From contig JANJGN010000020.1 of NCBI GenBank assembly GCA_026770705.1, forward strand, positions 9,300,001-9,364,000: 64,000 nucleotides of DNA. Reading direction: 5' to 3'. The position numbers and the translations under genes are program-made. Every line of letters starts with the position of its first letter. Within the stretch, counting starts at the first letter, position 1. The stretch is from Isurus oxyrinchus. Its lineage: Eukaryota. Positions 1 through 11,700 of this stretch are shown here, in pieces. The notes below the pieces were generated by a model that saw only the letters and a list, made by a program, of their open reading frames with translations, did not search any database and was not told the DNA's origin.

Positions 1-752
1 AGTTCAGCATCGAATTAGCTTCTCGTAATCGAGAAAATAATCCTTGCAGGTGCTGTAAATGCTCCTCCCATGTAAGACTGAAAACTATTAGATCATCAAT
101 GTAAACGACACAATTGCTTAGATCTGCAATTACTTTGTTTGTCAGTCTTTGAAATGTCGCAGGTGCATTCTTCATACCAAATGGCATGGCTTTAAACTGA
201 TATAGTCCACTTGGCGTTACAAAAGCCGATAGCTCCTTTGCTCTCTCTGACAATAGTATCTGCCAATATCCTTTTAGCAAGTCAATCTTTGTGATAAATT
301 TCAATTGTCCCACTTTCTCAATGCAATCTTCCAACCATGGTATAGGATATGAATCCGCTTTTATCACCACATTCACCTTTTGATCGTCCACACACAGTCT
401 TTGTCCGGTTTTGGTACTATCACAATAGATGAACATCATTTACTGCAACCAGACTCAATGATATCATTTGCAAGCATGAAATCAATTTCATGTATTACTA
501 GTGATAACTTGGCCAGATTTATTCTATAAGGATGCTCGCTTACTGAAGATGAAACCTGTACAGATACATCATGTACAGCTAAACGTGTCTTCCCCAATTT
601 ATTCCCACAAATAGGTTTGTGCGACTGCAATAGCTTTTCCGAATCATTTTGACACTTGTTTGGAAGGTAATTCAATATTTCATTTAAATTTTCAAGCACC
701 GCCTCATCACTCAAGTTGATTAGAGGAAAATCAATTTCAGAGTCCTGTATTT
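1..752 (-). mobile_element. Gypsy (Gmr1-like) LTR retrotransposon, degenerate reverse transcriptase fragment
   Basis: Minus-strand translation gives HPYRIN, DSYPIPWLEDCIEKVG, KIDLLKGYWQI, SAFVTPSGLYQFKAMPFGMKNAPATFQRL and the YIDD catalytic motif, with stops and frameshifts. Confidence 0.9.
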
Positions 753-2520
753 CACAGAATCTTAATGGCAAAGGGGGCCATTCAGTCCATCTTGTCTGCA
801 TTGGCTCTCCAAATGAGCATTATGACCTAGTGCCATTGCCCTGCCTTTTCCCCATATCCCTGCACCTTGTTTTTATTCAAATAATCATCTAATTCCCTCT
901 TGAATGCCTTGATTAAACCTGCCTCCACTACACTTCCAGGCAGTGCATTCCAGACCAGAACTACTCGTTGTGTGAAAAAACTTTTTCTCATGTCACAATT
1001 GCTTCTTTTGCAAATCACTTTAAATCTGTGCCCTCTCATTTTTGATCATTTTGTGAGTGGGAACAGCTCTTCCCTATCTACTCTGTCCAGCTACCACATG
1101 ATTTTGAAACCCTTTTATCAAGTCTCCTCTCAACCTTCTCCTCTCCAAGAAAAACAGTCCAAACTTCTCCAATCTATCCTCACAGCTGAAGTTTCTCATC
1201 CCTGGGACCATTCTTGTAAACCTCTTCTGCACTCTCTCCAAGGTATTCGCATCCTTCCCATAATATGGTGTCCAGAACTGTACACAATATTCCAGCTGAG
1301 GTCTAATGAGGGTCTTAAATAAATTCAGCATATCCTCCGTGCTCTTGTGCTCTATGCCCCTATTAATAAAGCCCAGGATATGATATGCTATATTAACTGC
1401 TCTCTCCACCTGTCCTGCCACCTTCAATGGTCTATGCACATATACACCCAAGTCTTTCTGCTCCTGCACCCCCTTCAAAATTCCACCCCTTATTTTATAT
1501 TGTCTATGTTCTTCCAAGCAAAATGCACCACATCACACTTCTCCACGTTGAACTTCATCTGCCACCTATTTGCCCACTCCACCAACTTGTCTGTCTTCTT
1601 GAAGTTCCACACTGTCCTCCTTGCAGTTCACAACACTCACAAGCTTTATATCATCCACAAACTTTGAAATTATCCCCTGCACATCAAGATCTAGGTCATT
1701 AATAAATATTAGGAAAAGCAAGGGTCCCAATATCGACCCCTGGGAAACTCTACAACCTTCCTCTAGCCTGACAAACATCCGTTGACCATTGCTCTCTGCT
1801 TCCTATTTTTCAGCCAATTTTGTATCCGTGTTGCTACTGTCCCTTTTATTCCATGAGGAATAACTTTTCTCACAAGTCGGTTGTGTGGCACAGTGTCAAA
1901 TACCTTTTCAAGGTCCATGTACACCATAGCAACAGCATTACCTTCACTGACCTTTTCTGTCACCTCTTCAAAAAACTACAGCAAGTCAGTTAAACATGAT
2001 TTCCCCTTTAGAAATCCATGCTGGCTGTTTCTTATCAACCCATGTATTTCCATGTTCTATCCCGAATAATTGTTTCTAGAATCTTGTCCACCACTGAAGT
2101 TAAACTAACTGGTCTGTAATTGCTGGGCTTATCCTTTTTTGAACAAGGGCATAATGTTTGCAATTCTCCAGTCCTCTGGCACCAGCCCTGGATCTAGGGA
2201 AGACTGAAAGATTATGGCCTATGCCCCTGCAATTTCTACTCTCACTTCCTTCAATATCCTTGGATGCATCTCATCCAGTCCCAGTGCCTCGTCAACTTTA
2301 AATGCCGACAGTCTACTCAATGCTTCCTTCTTATCAATTTTGACCCCTCTAGTGACAGAGTTTCCTCGTCTGTCACCATGGACTGGGTAGCATCTACCTC
2401 CTTGATAAAGACGGATGCAAAGTATTGATTTAATACCTCAGCCATGCTCCTTTTTCCGTGTGTAAATTCCTTTTTAGGCCCCTAATCGGCTCTACTCCTC
2501 CTTTTACCACCACTATTTAT
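753..2520 (-). mobile_element. CR1-clade LINE, 5'-truncated, inserted in the gypsy pol
   Basis: ORFs 1763-1963, 1566-1778, 1074-1517 and 827-1039 carry CR1 RT motifs (VYMDLEKVFDTVPH, QGSILGPLLFLIFINDL, LIRPQLEYCVQFW, TRGHRFK-type tail, WNALP). Confidence 0.92.
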
Positions 2521-4430
2521 TCTACCTGTTTCTTATCTTCCACCATCACCAATACCTCTTTTTGGTCCTCTTCCCTGTCAAAGTATTTTTTAAGCATAGT
2601 TACATGACACACCCTCTGCTTCTTTCTTCTAACTGGAGTATTTATTAATAATTTACTTCAATCAATTTCTTTTCAATCCTGTAAGGTCCGCTAAATCTTG
2701 CATTTAATGAATCACCTAATGCTGATAACAAAGCTAATACTTTCTCTGCAGAAACAAAGCTTTTAGCTTTATCTGCCTTCACTTTCATCGCTTGCTATGA
2801 TATCTTTAAATGTTCCCTAGTCAACTGACATGCTTTGTTCAATCCTTCCCCGAAATTTGATATGTAATCCAAAGAATAGTTTCTAAATTTTGACCCACCA
2901 ATTTCTCATGAATTAATTTCAGTGGTCCCCTTACCTCATGACCATAAACTAGTTCAAAAGGGATAAAACTAGTCAATGCATTAGGACTGTCTCTTATAGC
3001 AACTAACAAGAATGGAATTCCTCTTATCTCAATCCTGTGGATAATCCTGACAGTACACTCTCATCATAGCTTTTAAAGTTGGCTACCAGCTTTCCAAAGC
3101 TCCTTGTGACTCCGGATGATAAGCCGTTGACTTAAAATGTTTTATCCCCAAACTGTTCACTACTTCCTTGAACAGCTGTGACATGGGACAGAATTTTCCC
3201 GTCGGCGATTTGGGGGCAGGGCCCGCTCGCCAATGGGAAAATGATGCGGGATGATGTCGGGAGGAACCCCCGACATCATCCTGGTCCATTTAAATGTTGA
3301 GGAAGGCGGGCGGACAGCGAAATCAGCTGTCCACCCGCCGACCCGTCAATGGCCAATTCAGGCCATTGACAGGATAGTTACGCTTGATAAATGCCCTGCC
3401 CGTCCAACCTTAAGGCTGGCGGGCAGGCCAGGAGCCCCAGCGGGCTTCTGATAATACATGAAACTTCATCCACTGGCGGGATGAGGCTTCATGTCCGTTT
3501 TTAAAACCTTCAACAACGTTTATGTGCTTCTTATTAACATGTCCCATCTTGTGTGACACTGTCACATGAGGGGGACATGTTAATAATTTTAATATTTTTC
3601 TATTTTTAAAGATTTTTATACTGTCAGTAATCTCGCTGAGACAGCACTTAGTCTCAGGGAAATGTGCGCATTTTGAAGCATAGCGCTTCCTGTCGGACAG
3701 GCCGCTGGACGTGCCTTAATTGGCCCGCCCACTCAAAATGGCAGCAGGCCCCATTTCGGCACCGGAGTTTGGCTGCCCGCCCGCCCATTAAGGTAAAAAT
3801 TCTGGCCATGAAATTTGACCTCTGATCTGATTGTATTTCCTTAAGTAATCCATATCTTGTAAAAAAAAAATAAACTCCTCCACAATCTTCTTAGTTGTAA
3901 TATTTCTTAAAGGTATTGCTTCAGGAAACCTGATAGACACATCCATTATTGTCAGTAAGTACTGAATTCCACTTTTAGTTTTAGGGAGGGGTCCTACACA
4001 AATCAATCATGACTTCAAATGCTGGTATTGGGATTAAGGGCGCCGGCTTAATCACTGCTTGTGTTTTTCCTGTTACTTGACATATATGACAGGTTCTACA
4101 GAATTTGACTACATCCCTATGCAATCCTGGCCACAAAAAAACTTCTGTTTCTTTTCCTGTGTTTTCCTAATTCCTAAATGTCCCCCCATTGGAATTTCGT
4201 GAGCAAGCCTCAGAATCCCATTTCTATACTCTAATGGTTTAACAATCTGATGCACCTCACTTCAGCTTTCCTTTGCTGAGACATGATCCAAGCTCCATGT
4301 TCTCATTAAAAAATCTCCCTTAAGGTAATAACATACTGCAATACATTTTGCTTCTGCAATACATTTTGCTTCTGTTTCTGAATAAGCTTTCTGATATAAA
4401 TTTAAAATAATTTCCAATAACATTATATAC
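2521..4430 (-). mobile_element. Gypsy (Gmr1-like) integrase region, degenerate, interrupted by a MITE
   Basis: HHCC zinc finger (LAHEIPMGGHLG...FCRTCHICQ), CVGPLPKTKSGIQYLLTIMD, RFPEAIPL, SDQRSNFMS, STAYHPESQGALE, FELVYGHEVRGPL and a GPY-type C-terminus. Confidence 0.9.
3186..3807. mobile_element. Non-autonomous DNA transposon (MITE), probably PIF/Harbinger
   Basis: TIRs GGACAGAATTTT / AAAATTCTGGCC (1 mismatch in 12). 3-bp TSD ATG at 3183-3185 and 3808-3810. Removing it restores the integrase reading IQSDQRSNFMSQLFKEV. Confidence 0.8.
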
Positions 4431-4444
4431 ACTAACATATTCAT

Positions 4445-4978
4445 AACATCATGGATGATCTGAACGGGGTCTCAGCTCCACTTTCCTGTCTGCACCCCAT
4501 AACCCTCGACTCTCTTGCCTGTCAAAACTCTATCTACCTCAGCCTTGAATAAATTCAATGATCCAGTCTCCACTGCTTTCTGGGGAAGAGAACATATTAA
4601 CAACTCTGAGAAAAGAAAATTCTCATCTCCACCTTAAAAGGGAGATGCTTATTCTTAAACCATGTCTCCTAGTTCTAGTCTCCCCCATGAGGAAACATTC
4701 TACTGGTATCCACCCTATCAAGTCATCTCAGATTTTATATATTTCAGTAAGATCAGCTCTCATTATTCTAAATTTCAACGGGTATAGGCCTAACCTGTTC
4801 AACTTTTCTTCATAAGACAAGCCCTTCATCCCAGTAATGAGTCAAGTGAACCACCTCTGAACTGTTTCTAATGCACGTATATCCTTTTTCAAACAAGGAG
4901 ACCAAAACTTTACACAAAACCCCAGATGTGGTCTCACCAAGGCCAAGTACAGCTGCAGTAAAACTTCCCTACTTTTAT
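4445..4978 (-). mobile_element. CR1/L2 LINE 3' fragment
   Basis: Antisense similarity to the CR1-type RT C-terminus and tail at 9400-9970. Confidence 0.75.
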
Positions 4979-4979
4979 T

Positions 4980-5140
4980 AAAAACAAAATACTGCAGACT
5001 CTGGAAATCTGAAATAAAAGCACCAGATGCTGGGAAAAATCAGGTCTGGCAGCACCTGTGTGGAGAGCTCTGTTCACTCTGTTTATCTTTCCACAGATGC
5101 TGCCAGACCTGCTGATTTTTTCCAGTATTTTCTGTTTCCC
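4980..5140. repeat. Short inverted-repeat element (Penelope terminus-derived)
   Basis: GCTGGGAAAAATCAGGTCTGGCAGCACCTGTG is mirrored by CACAGATGCTGCCAGACCTGCTGATTTTTTCCAG; same family as the end of the Penelope element at 28161. Confidence 0.7.
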
Positions 5141-7344
5141 TACATTTATATTCCATTCTCCCTGCAATAAATGCCAATTTTTGTCAATCACCATAAGCGC
5201 AAGCCTTGTTTCTTTTGAAAAAGTATTATATTTGCATAAACTTTATGACTACAAATCTTACTCCTTGGTGTCCTATGTCAACTTTCCATTATAATTTATA
5301 ACGACAAGAACCCATGTAAATTGTAATTGCATTATGTTGCCATTCAGCAGTGCTTTCTGAAAACTTTTAACTACCAATATTTTTTCTCAGTGAATAAAAT
5401 TTCTAATGTTCAAAACAAGGGTTTAAACTAAACAGAAAACTTGAGTATTTATAGCTTTCACAAAAACGTGATTCAATTCATCAACTGATTTATTTTTGTG
5501 TCTTTTAACGTCAACTCTAATTTTCAGCTGAGAGCCCCAACCTTTCTCAAAAGCCTTGGCTGCGACTTCATGCCTTTGCTCAGAGCTGAGATGCAATGCA
5601 ACCAATTTGGATCATCAGTCTGAACTGGTGCACTGTCCACAATTTCATAGTATGCATCTGTTCTATTTAGTGAGCTGCGTTGATGGAATATTCTCGATTA
5701 GTGTCTCTGTTTTCTGCCAGTGGTTTTTCACAATAATCTGAAGAGAATACAGAGGATTAATTTTAGAAGCTTTATTCGAGTAAAGTTCAGGGAGTTTTTT
5801 TTTAAACTGTGTGTGTTTGCATACACACTTGTACATATGAGTATACAGAAAAAATCCTGTACTCATTACACACCTGTTGTAGTTCTTTAAATTCACAAAA
5901 TATGAGGCCAAAGAGAAAGGCACAGGAAGAAAAACCAAGAAAGTCTTGCCTTTCTATATGCTAATATTAGTTCAATTTTCAACAGAGTTTTGAAGCTACC
6001 CAATTAGCTCACCTATGATTTTTTCACATTTAGAAAAATTAAATGCTAATAGTTTCTATCTCTTAAAACACATCTGTCCCAGATTATTGTTTCTAAAAGC
6101 TATCCCAACACCAAAATCAAACTGACTGGCCTGTAGTTGCTGGGTTTACCCTTTATTGAAGAAGATGATGTTGAAAGATGGGAAATAACCTCTATCCGAC
6201 CCCCTTGACATTTATCATGTGCCTCTTTTTTTGATACTCGTAAATAATATAGATGCTGAGCATGAGGAGGGAGGTAAAGAGAGACTATGAAAGAAGATCA
6301 GCGCCAAAAATATTGAAAAAAACTTTTAAGAAGCACATTAAAAAGCCAAAGAATTGTTAACTTAGATGTGGGGTCACTTTGGGATGAAAAGTGCCAGCCT
6401 GTATTTGAGATTGAGAGATTGGTGAAGATTTTTAAAAAAATAAGTATTAAGTCGTCAATGGGATTGTAGGAACCAGTTAAATAGGCACTACTGGAAATAA
6501 GGTTTTACAGAAAACTATACCAAAACATTAATGAATTTAAAAGTAGATGATCAGCATCCAAGAATACTGAGGGAGATCGAGGTGGATTAAATGGAGATAC
6601 TAGAGTGATTTTGATTTAATCTTATTGTCCAATCTCTCGTACTGTCCTAGTTTCTTTACACTGGAGCAGAGATGGCTAAGGTGAGTTTAATAGAAGCTTT
6701 TACAACGACGAAGGGTTTTAATGGGATGAATAGGGAAAGGTGATTCCTCTTGGCAGTGGAGTACAAAGAGTCATCAATATAGAAGTGAAGAAGGGGTGAG
6801 GAAAAGTCATTACACAGTGTTGTTGGACTGTGGAATGTTTTGACACAGAGGGCAAGTGAGTTGGGGCTGGTAGGGTCAGAAACTGGGGTTGGGGTGGGAA
6901 CATGAGGCCGGGGGGGGGGGGGGGGGAGGGGGGTGCACAGGTGAGGCACAGGGCAGGTGAAGCCAGGGTGTGAGCAGGTGAGGCAGAAGCTCTTGCAATT
7001 TTTTTTTTGAAGGAAATTTGCATAAATATAAAGCATATGACACCAAGATATGAGGATAGAATAGGTCAGCAGGATTCATTTAAAATTACACTAGTACCTC
7101 GGTTAAGTTGAACCCAATCTCCCTAACTATTCTTTGATGCCTACCAGCCAAGCCTGATGTTTCTACTTCTAGTTGCATTGTTTCGTAATGATAGCAACAA
7201 ATATGAATTTATGCTTAACAAATTTATGAATATGGTGTGGTTACTGGTGAGCACATCAAGAGATTTAACCAGGATTCCCTATTACTTTGATTCAAGGGTT
7301 AAAGGTTGAATTTTTTTTTCCCATGGGACCATGAAACAGATGAG

Positions 7345-7830
7345 GCGGTCACTCGAGCTGCAACCGAGCTCTGAGTGTCAGCAAGTTGTGGGGTTCAAGT
7401 CTCACTCCAGAGTCTTGAGCACAAAATTCAAGGCTGATATTCTCGTGCAGTGCTGAGGGGGTGCTACAATGTCAGGGGGGCAGAAGTGAGAGTATGCTGC
7501 ACTGTTAAGAGTTTCTGCCTTTTGGATGAGACACTAAACAGAGGCCCTATTAGCCATCTCAGGTTGATGAAAAAAAAACCCATGGCACCATTTCGAGGAA
7601 GAGCTGGGAAATTATCCCAGTATCCCAACTAATATTTATCCTTCAAACAACATCAATAAGACAGATTATCTGGTGGCTATCACATTGCGGTTTGTGCCAG
7701 CTTGCTTTGCACAAATTGGCTGCACATTCCTCACATTGTAACAGTCACTACACTTCAAAAGTACTTCATTGTCTGTAAAGTGCTTTGAGACGTCCTGAGG
7801 TTATGAAAGATGATATATAAATACAAGCTT
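7345..7830 (+). mobile_element. Deu-domain SINE (SacSINE1/AmnSINE-like)
   Basis: tRNA-like head (GGGTTCAAGTC), central CACATTGC..TTTGTG..AGCTTGCT.TGCACAAATTGGCTG, and tail CACTTCAAAAGTACTTCATTG...GACGTCCTGAGG; several copies in the window. Confidence 0.75.
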
Positions 7831-8398
7831 TTTTTTTTCTTTCCTGGTCCATCAAGATCCTGGTCCATTGTGAGGGGTTGGGTCATCGTTAACAGATGCA
7901 AGTGTCCCAATGCAGCTCGCCAACTTTGGAATAGCAGGGATCCCAGAAGATGAGCTAGTCAGAAAAGAGGTAGGTCCAGGGTGGGGAATGATCTCACAGG
8001 GAGGGGGAACGCAGCAATACCACCGCTCTTGGTCCTGCAAAGGGCCTTTTCTCATATTCCTTCAAGCTTTACAAAGCAAGGTAGAAGGACAACGTCAGAT
8101 AATCTGCTCAACTGGCTTTCGCAATGTCATCAGGGTCCCATATATGTGGTAGGGTGTGGATTTACTCAGATACTTACGGCAGTTATGACCTTGACCATAG
8201 AGCAGATAGTGCATGCATTCAGTCCAACACCTCTGCAATCACTCACTGCCACCAACTCTCTGAAAGGCTGGGATGTCGACATCAGCCTTGACAATTCAAG
8301 AAAAGGTTATATCTATAACATCATTTCATTGAAGTATCTAATTAGTTTTTTTTATTTGTCTTTCCTGCTTCTTTAAGCAGTAATTTTGTAATTTGAAA

Positions 8399-8724
8399 TT
8401 AAGTGAATTCAATTAGGTATTCTGGATAAATATGGTTCGAATCAAATATTACAAAAATCTTTGGATTCCATTTGTTGTCGACACAGCTGTCATACAGGTT
8501 CACCAGACTCCCATCTTTTGAAGGAGGCCGAATATATTTGGGGTCTCCAGTAGTATAGTCGCCCACAAGAACTCGAGCAAGGAACATAGTCTTAAATTGC
8601 GACCTCCACCGATGTGGTGCAGATGGGGACAGCGCTGTGCCCAGTGATTGCAAGGACGATTCATTTGTTTCATTGGTGCGGCAGTAGCGGCTGGAGTACA
8701 AAGAGTCACGTGCAAAATAGGTCC
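8399..8724 (-). CDS. PARP11: PARP11 last coding exon (catalytic C-terminus)
   Basis: Acceptor TCACAG|GG ACC TAT; reads GTYFARD...YPEYLIEFT*. Confidence 0.95.
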
Positions 8725-11700
8725 CTGTGAAAAGATTCAAGATGTACTTCAGTACGCTCCTAACATAAAATTCCGTAGATTATACAACTTTACTTGATAA
8801 AATGTAAATCCTTGTGAAATTGCCCTGATATAATTGCTACTTGCCTTTTCCATATACTGTAGCATGTAATCCATTTATTCTCCAGTCAAAGTTCTGTGAA
8901 CATATTGCTTCGACAAATTCATTGCCTGTGCCATGAAACAGCATTCTCTCATTCAGTTCTATCCCATTTCTCATCTTCTTCAAGTGAACTTTTTTTCTGG
9001 AATAGGAAAAGTAAAAGTCAAAACAATTTTGCAAAGACCAAGACCCAAGACATGGTTGTCTGCATTTACACTATTTTACTCCACACACACACACGAGCAT
9101 GGATGTTGGGCTCCGTATTGAACTGCTCTAAACCACGGATATATCAGACGACAGAATATAATTCATGCAGTAAAACAGGTTAACAAATTGCGGCACAAGA
9201 AAGTTAATTACAATTTCGCAAAAATCCATAAAGCGAGCTCAGTTAGTAGGCATTCAGAAATGCATGAGTTAGTCACAGGCAGTCAGCACAGATTTATCAA
9301 AGGCAAGTTGCATATGCCAAATTTAATGGGATATTTTGAAGTGACCAATTGTAGAAAAGGATTACAGTGGACCTGGTGCATATGGATTTTCAGATGTTCA
9401 ACAAAGTGTCTCACGCCTGGAGTAGTCCGTACATTTTTGGTCTCCTTATTTAAGGAGGGACATACTTGCATGGGAGGCAGTCCGGGGAAGGTTCACTAGG
9501 CTGATTCCTGGGGTGAAGGGGTTGTCTTATGAGGAAAGGGTGAGCAGGTTGGGCCTATACTCACTGGAGTTTAGAAGAAGCAGAGGTTATCTTATTGAAA
9601 CATACAAGATTCTGAGGGGGCTTGAAGGGGTAGATGCCAAGAGAATCTTTCCCCTCTTGGAGGAATCCAGAACTGGGGGACACAGTTTCAAAATAAGGGG
9701 TCTGCCGATTAAGGCAGTGACGAGGAGGATTTTTTTCTCTCCGAGATGCCATTGGTGTTCTCTTCCCCAGGGAGCAGTGGAGGCTGGGTCATTGAATATA
9801 TTCAAGGCTGAGTTTGACAGATTTTTGAATGACAAGGAGTCAAGGGTTGTGTGGGCAGACAGGAAAGTGGAGTTAAAGCCACAATCAGATTAGCCTTGAT
9901 CTTACTGAATGGCAGAGGAGGTTCAAGGGGGCCAAATGACCTATTCCTGCTCCTATTTCTTATGTTCTTAGGCCCAGGGCTCCAAATACACGCAGATTAT
10001 ACAACTGCTTTAGGTACAGCAAGATCCAAATTCACGATTTTTGGCATTTTTTTATTTTTCCTTATTGACATCGCACTATATTTTCTACATCCAAATACTT
10101 ATATGCAAAATTAAAAAGGGGAAAGCTTCTACAATTCAATTTTCTTAAATATGCTCTGCTTAACATACATAAATGATGGCTCAAAAATTAATTTCCATAT
10201 CAATCAGATATAGGATTAATGACAGATGGAAAATGCCCTCAGGCCTGCATGTTTATGTTGATTTACCCTCATTTTACACTGACTCTGACTTTCAGGCTGA
10301 TGAGATTCTCAGGAAATTTTGGTGTAAGCTGCCATCGGCAAGATCAGCATTGAAAGTGGCATAAATGTTGGTGTAAGACAAATCGAAGAAACTCTAGGCC
10401 AAGCTAGGAGAAGCGTTATTTTTACTTTTATGCACATTCTTATATTAAAAAAATACTTCAACCTATTCTGATGAAGCCGAGGCAGGTAGATTTCTCTCAT
10501 GGAGAAATGTTATAACAAAGCAAACAAGCTGATAAGCTAGTTCCTGTGTATTACCTGCAATAGAACTCCCACAAGTCTAAATTCTGAATTCTTTGAATTT
10601 TCTTGATTCGATTCTGATCCATCGTTTGTCCAAAGAGTTTTGCAACTTCCAGATATTCATTTGAAGCTTTGTGCAATGGACTGAGCTAAAACATAGTTGA
10701 TAATTTAATGATAGATTATGATGCATACATGTCTTCTGAAATAAGCTGCCTGACCTGACTTACCTGATAAGGTTTGTCTCGGTCTATATTGTCCCAATGT
10801 AAAGGGATGGGGATTTCTTCATTTCCGCATATAAAACTTTGAAAAGATGTCATAACAAACAGACATTAAAAGGTTACCACTCAACAGTATAAATTAATAA
10901 ATATAAAGTACACATATTAAACACACAAACATCTCACTCCACAAGCAGAATTTACTGTCCTCCCCATGAGGTGAGTGGGGGGGTGGGCATTTAATCAAGC
11001 AGGCAGATGCCAAGTGGAGGCCCAGCCACCTTCCTTCCTCTGCCACAATTAAGTCTGGGGTGGGAACACTCATGGCCAGTCTTCCTGTCCACCGCCAAGT
11101 GAGGTCCTTTAAGGGCCTCATCCCACCATCGCTGGTATTGACCCAGCAGTAGGTGGCGTGTCACCATACGGGACTTGAAAAGCAAACCCTGTTGAGGTTG
11201 CTGGTGGGCTCCCGGTGGGGGCGGGTTCCAACGTTATCAGGCACTCAGTGCCTGATCAAGGGACCTGGCATCAGAAAGGGGAAAGCGCGCTGAGAGCCTC
11301 CTATCTGCCCTTGCTGCCTACCCCCCTTCTCCCCTGAAACCCCCACGCAACGACACCCATTCCGCCCTCAGTCACCCATAGCCTGAGACCCTCTGCGATC
11401 CTAGGACTCCCCCTGGGTAAACTGCTGGCAGCTGCCACTGGTCCCTTGGGTCGGCTGTCTGCCTCTGATTGGCCAGCAGTTCTTAGGGGATGGGATTCCC
11501 ACCACTGGGGTCATTGATCCCCGAGGGAGAACCACTGCTGGCCACAAAAGATTCAGAGAAACACCGAGCAGTTACAGCACTAAAAAAGGTCATTTGGCCC
11601 ATTGTGTCTGTGCTGGCTTCCCAAAGGAGCAATTTACCTATTGCCATTCCCCTACCTTCTCCCTGTAACTGCACTTTCTTCCTTTTCAGATAATAATCCA

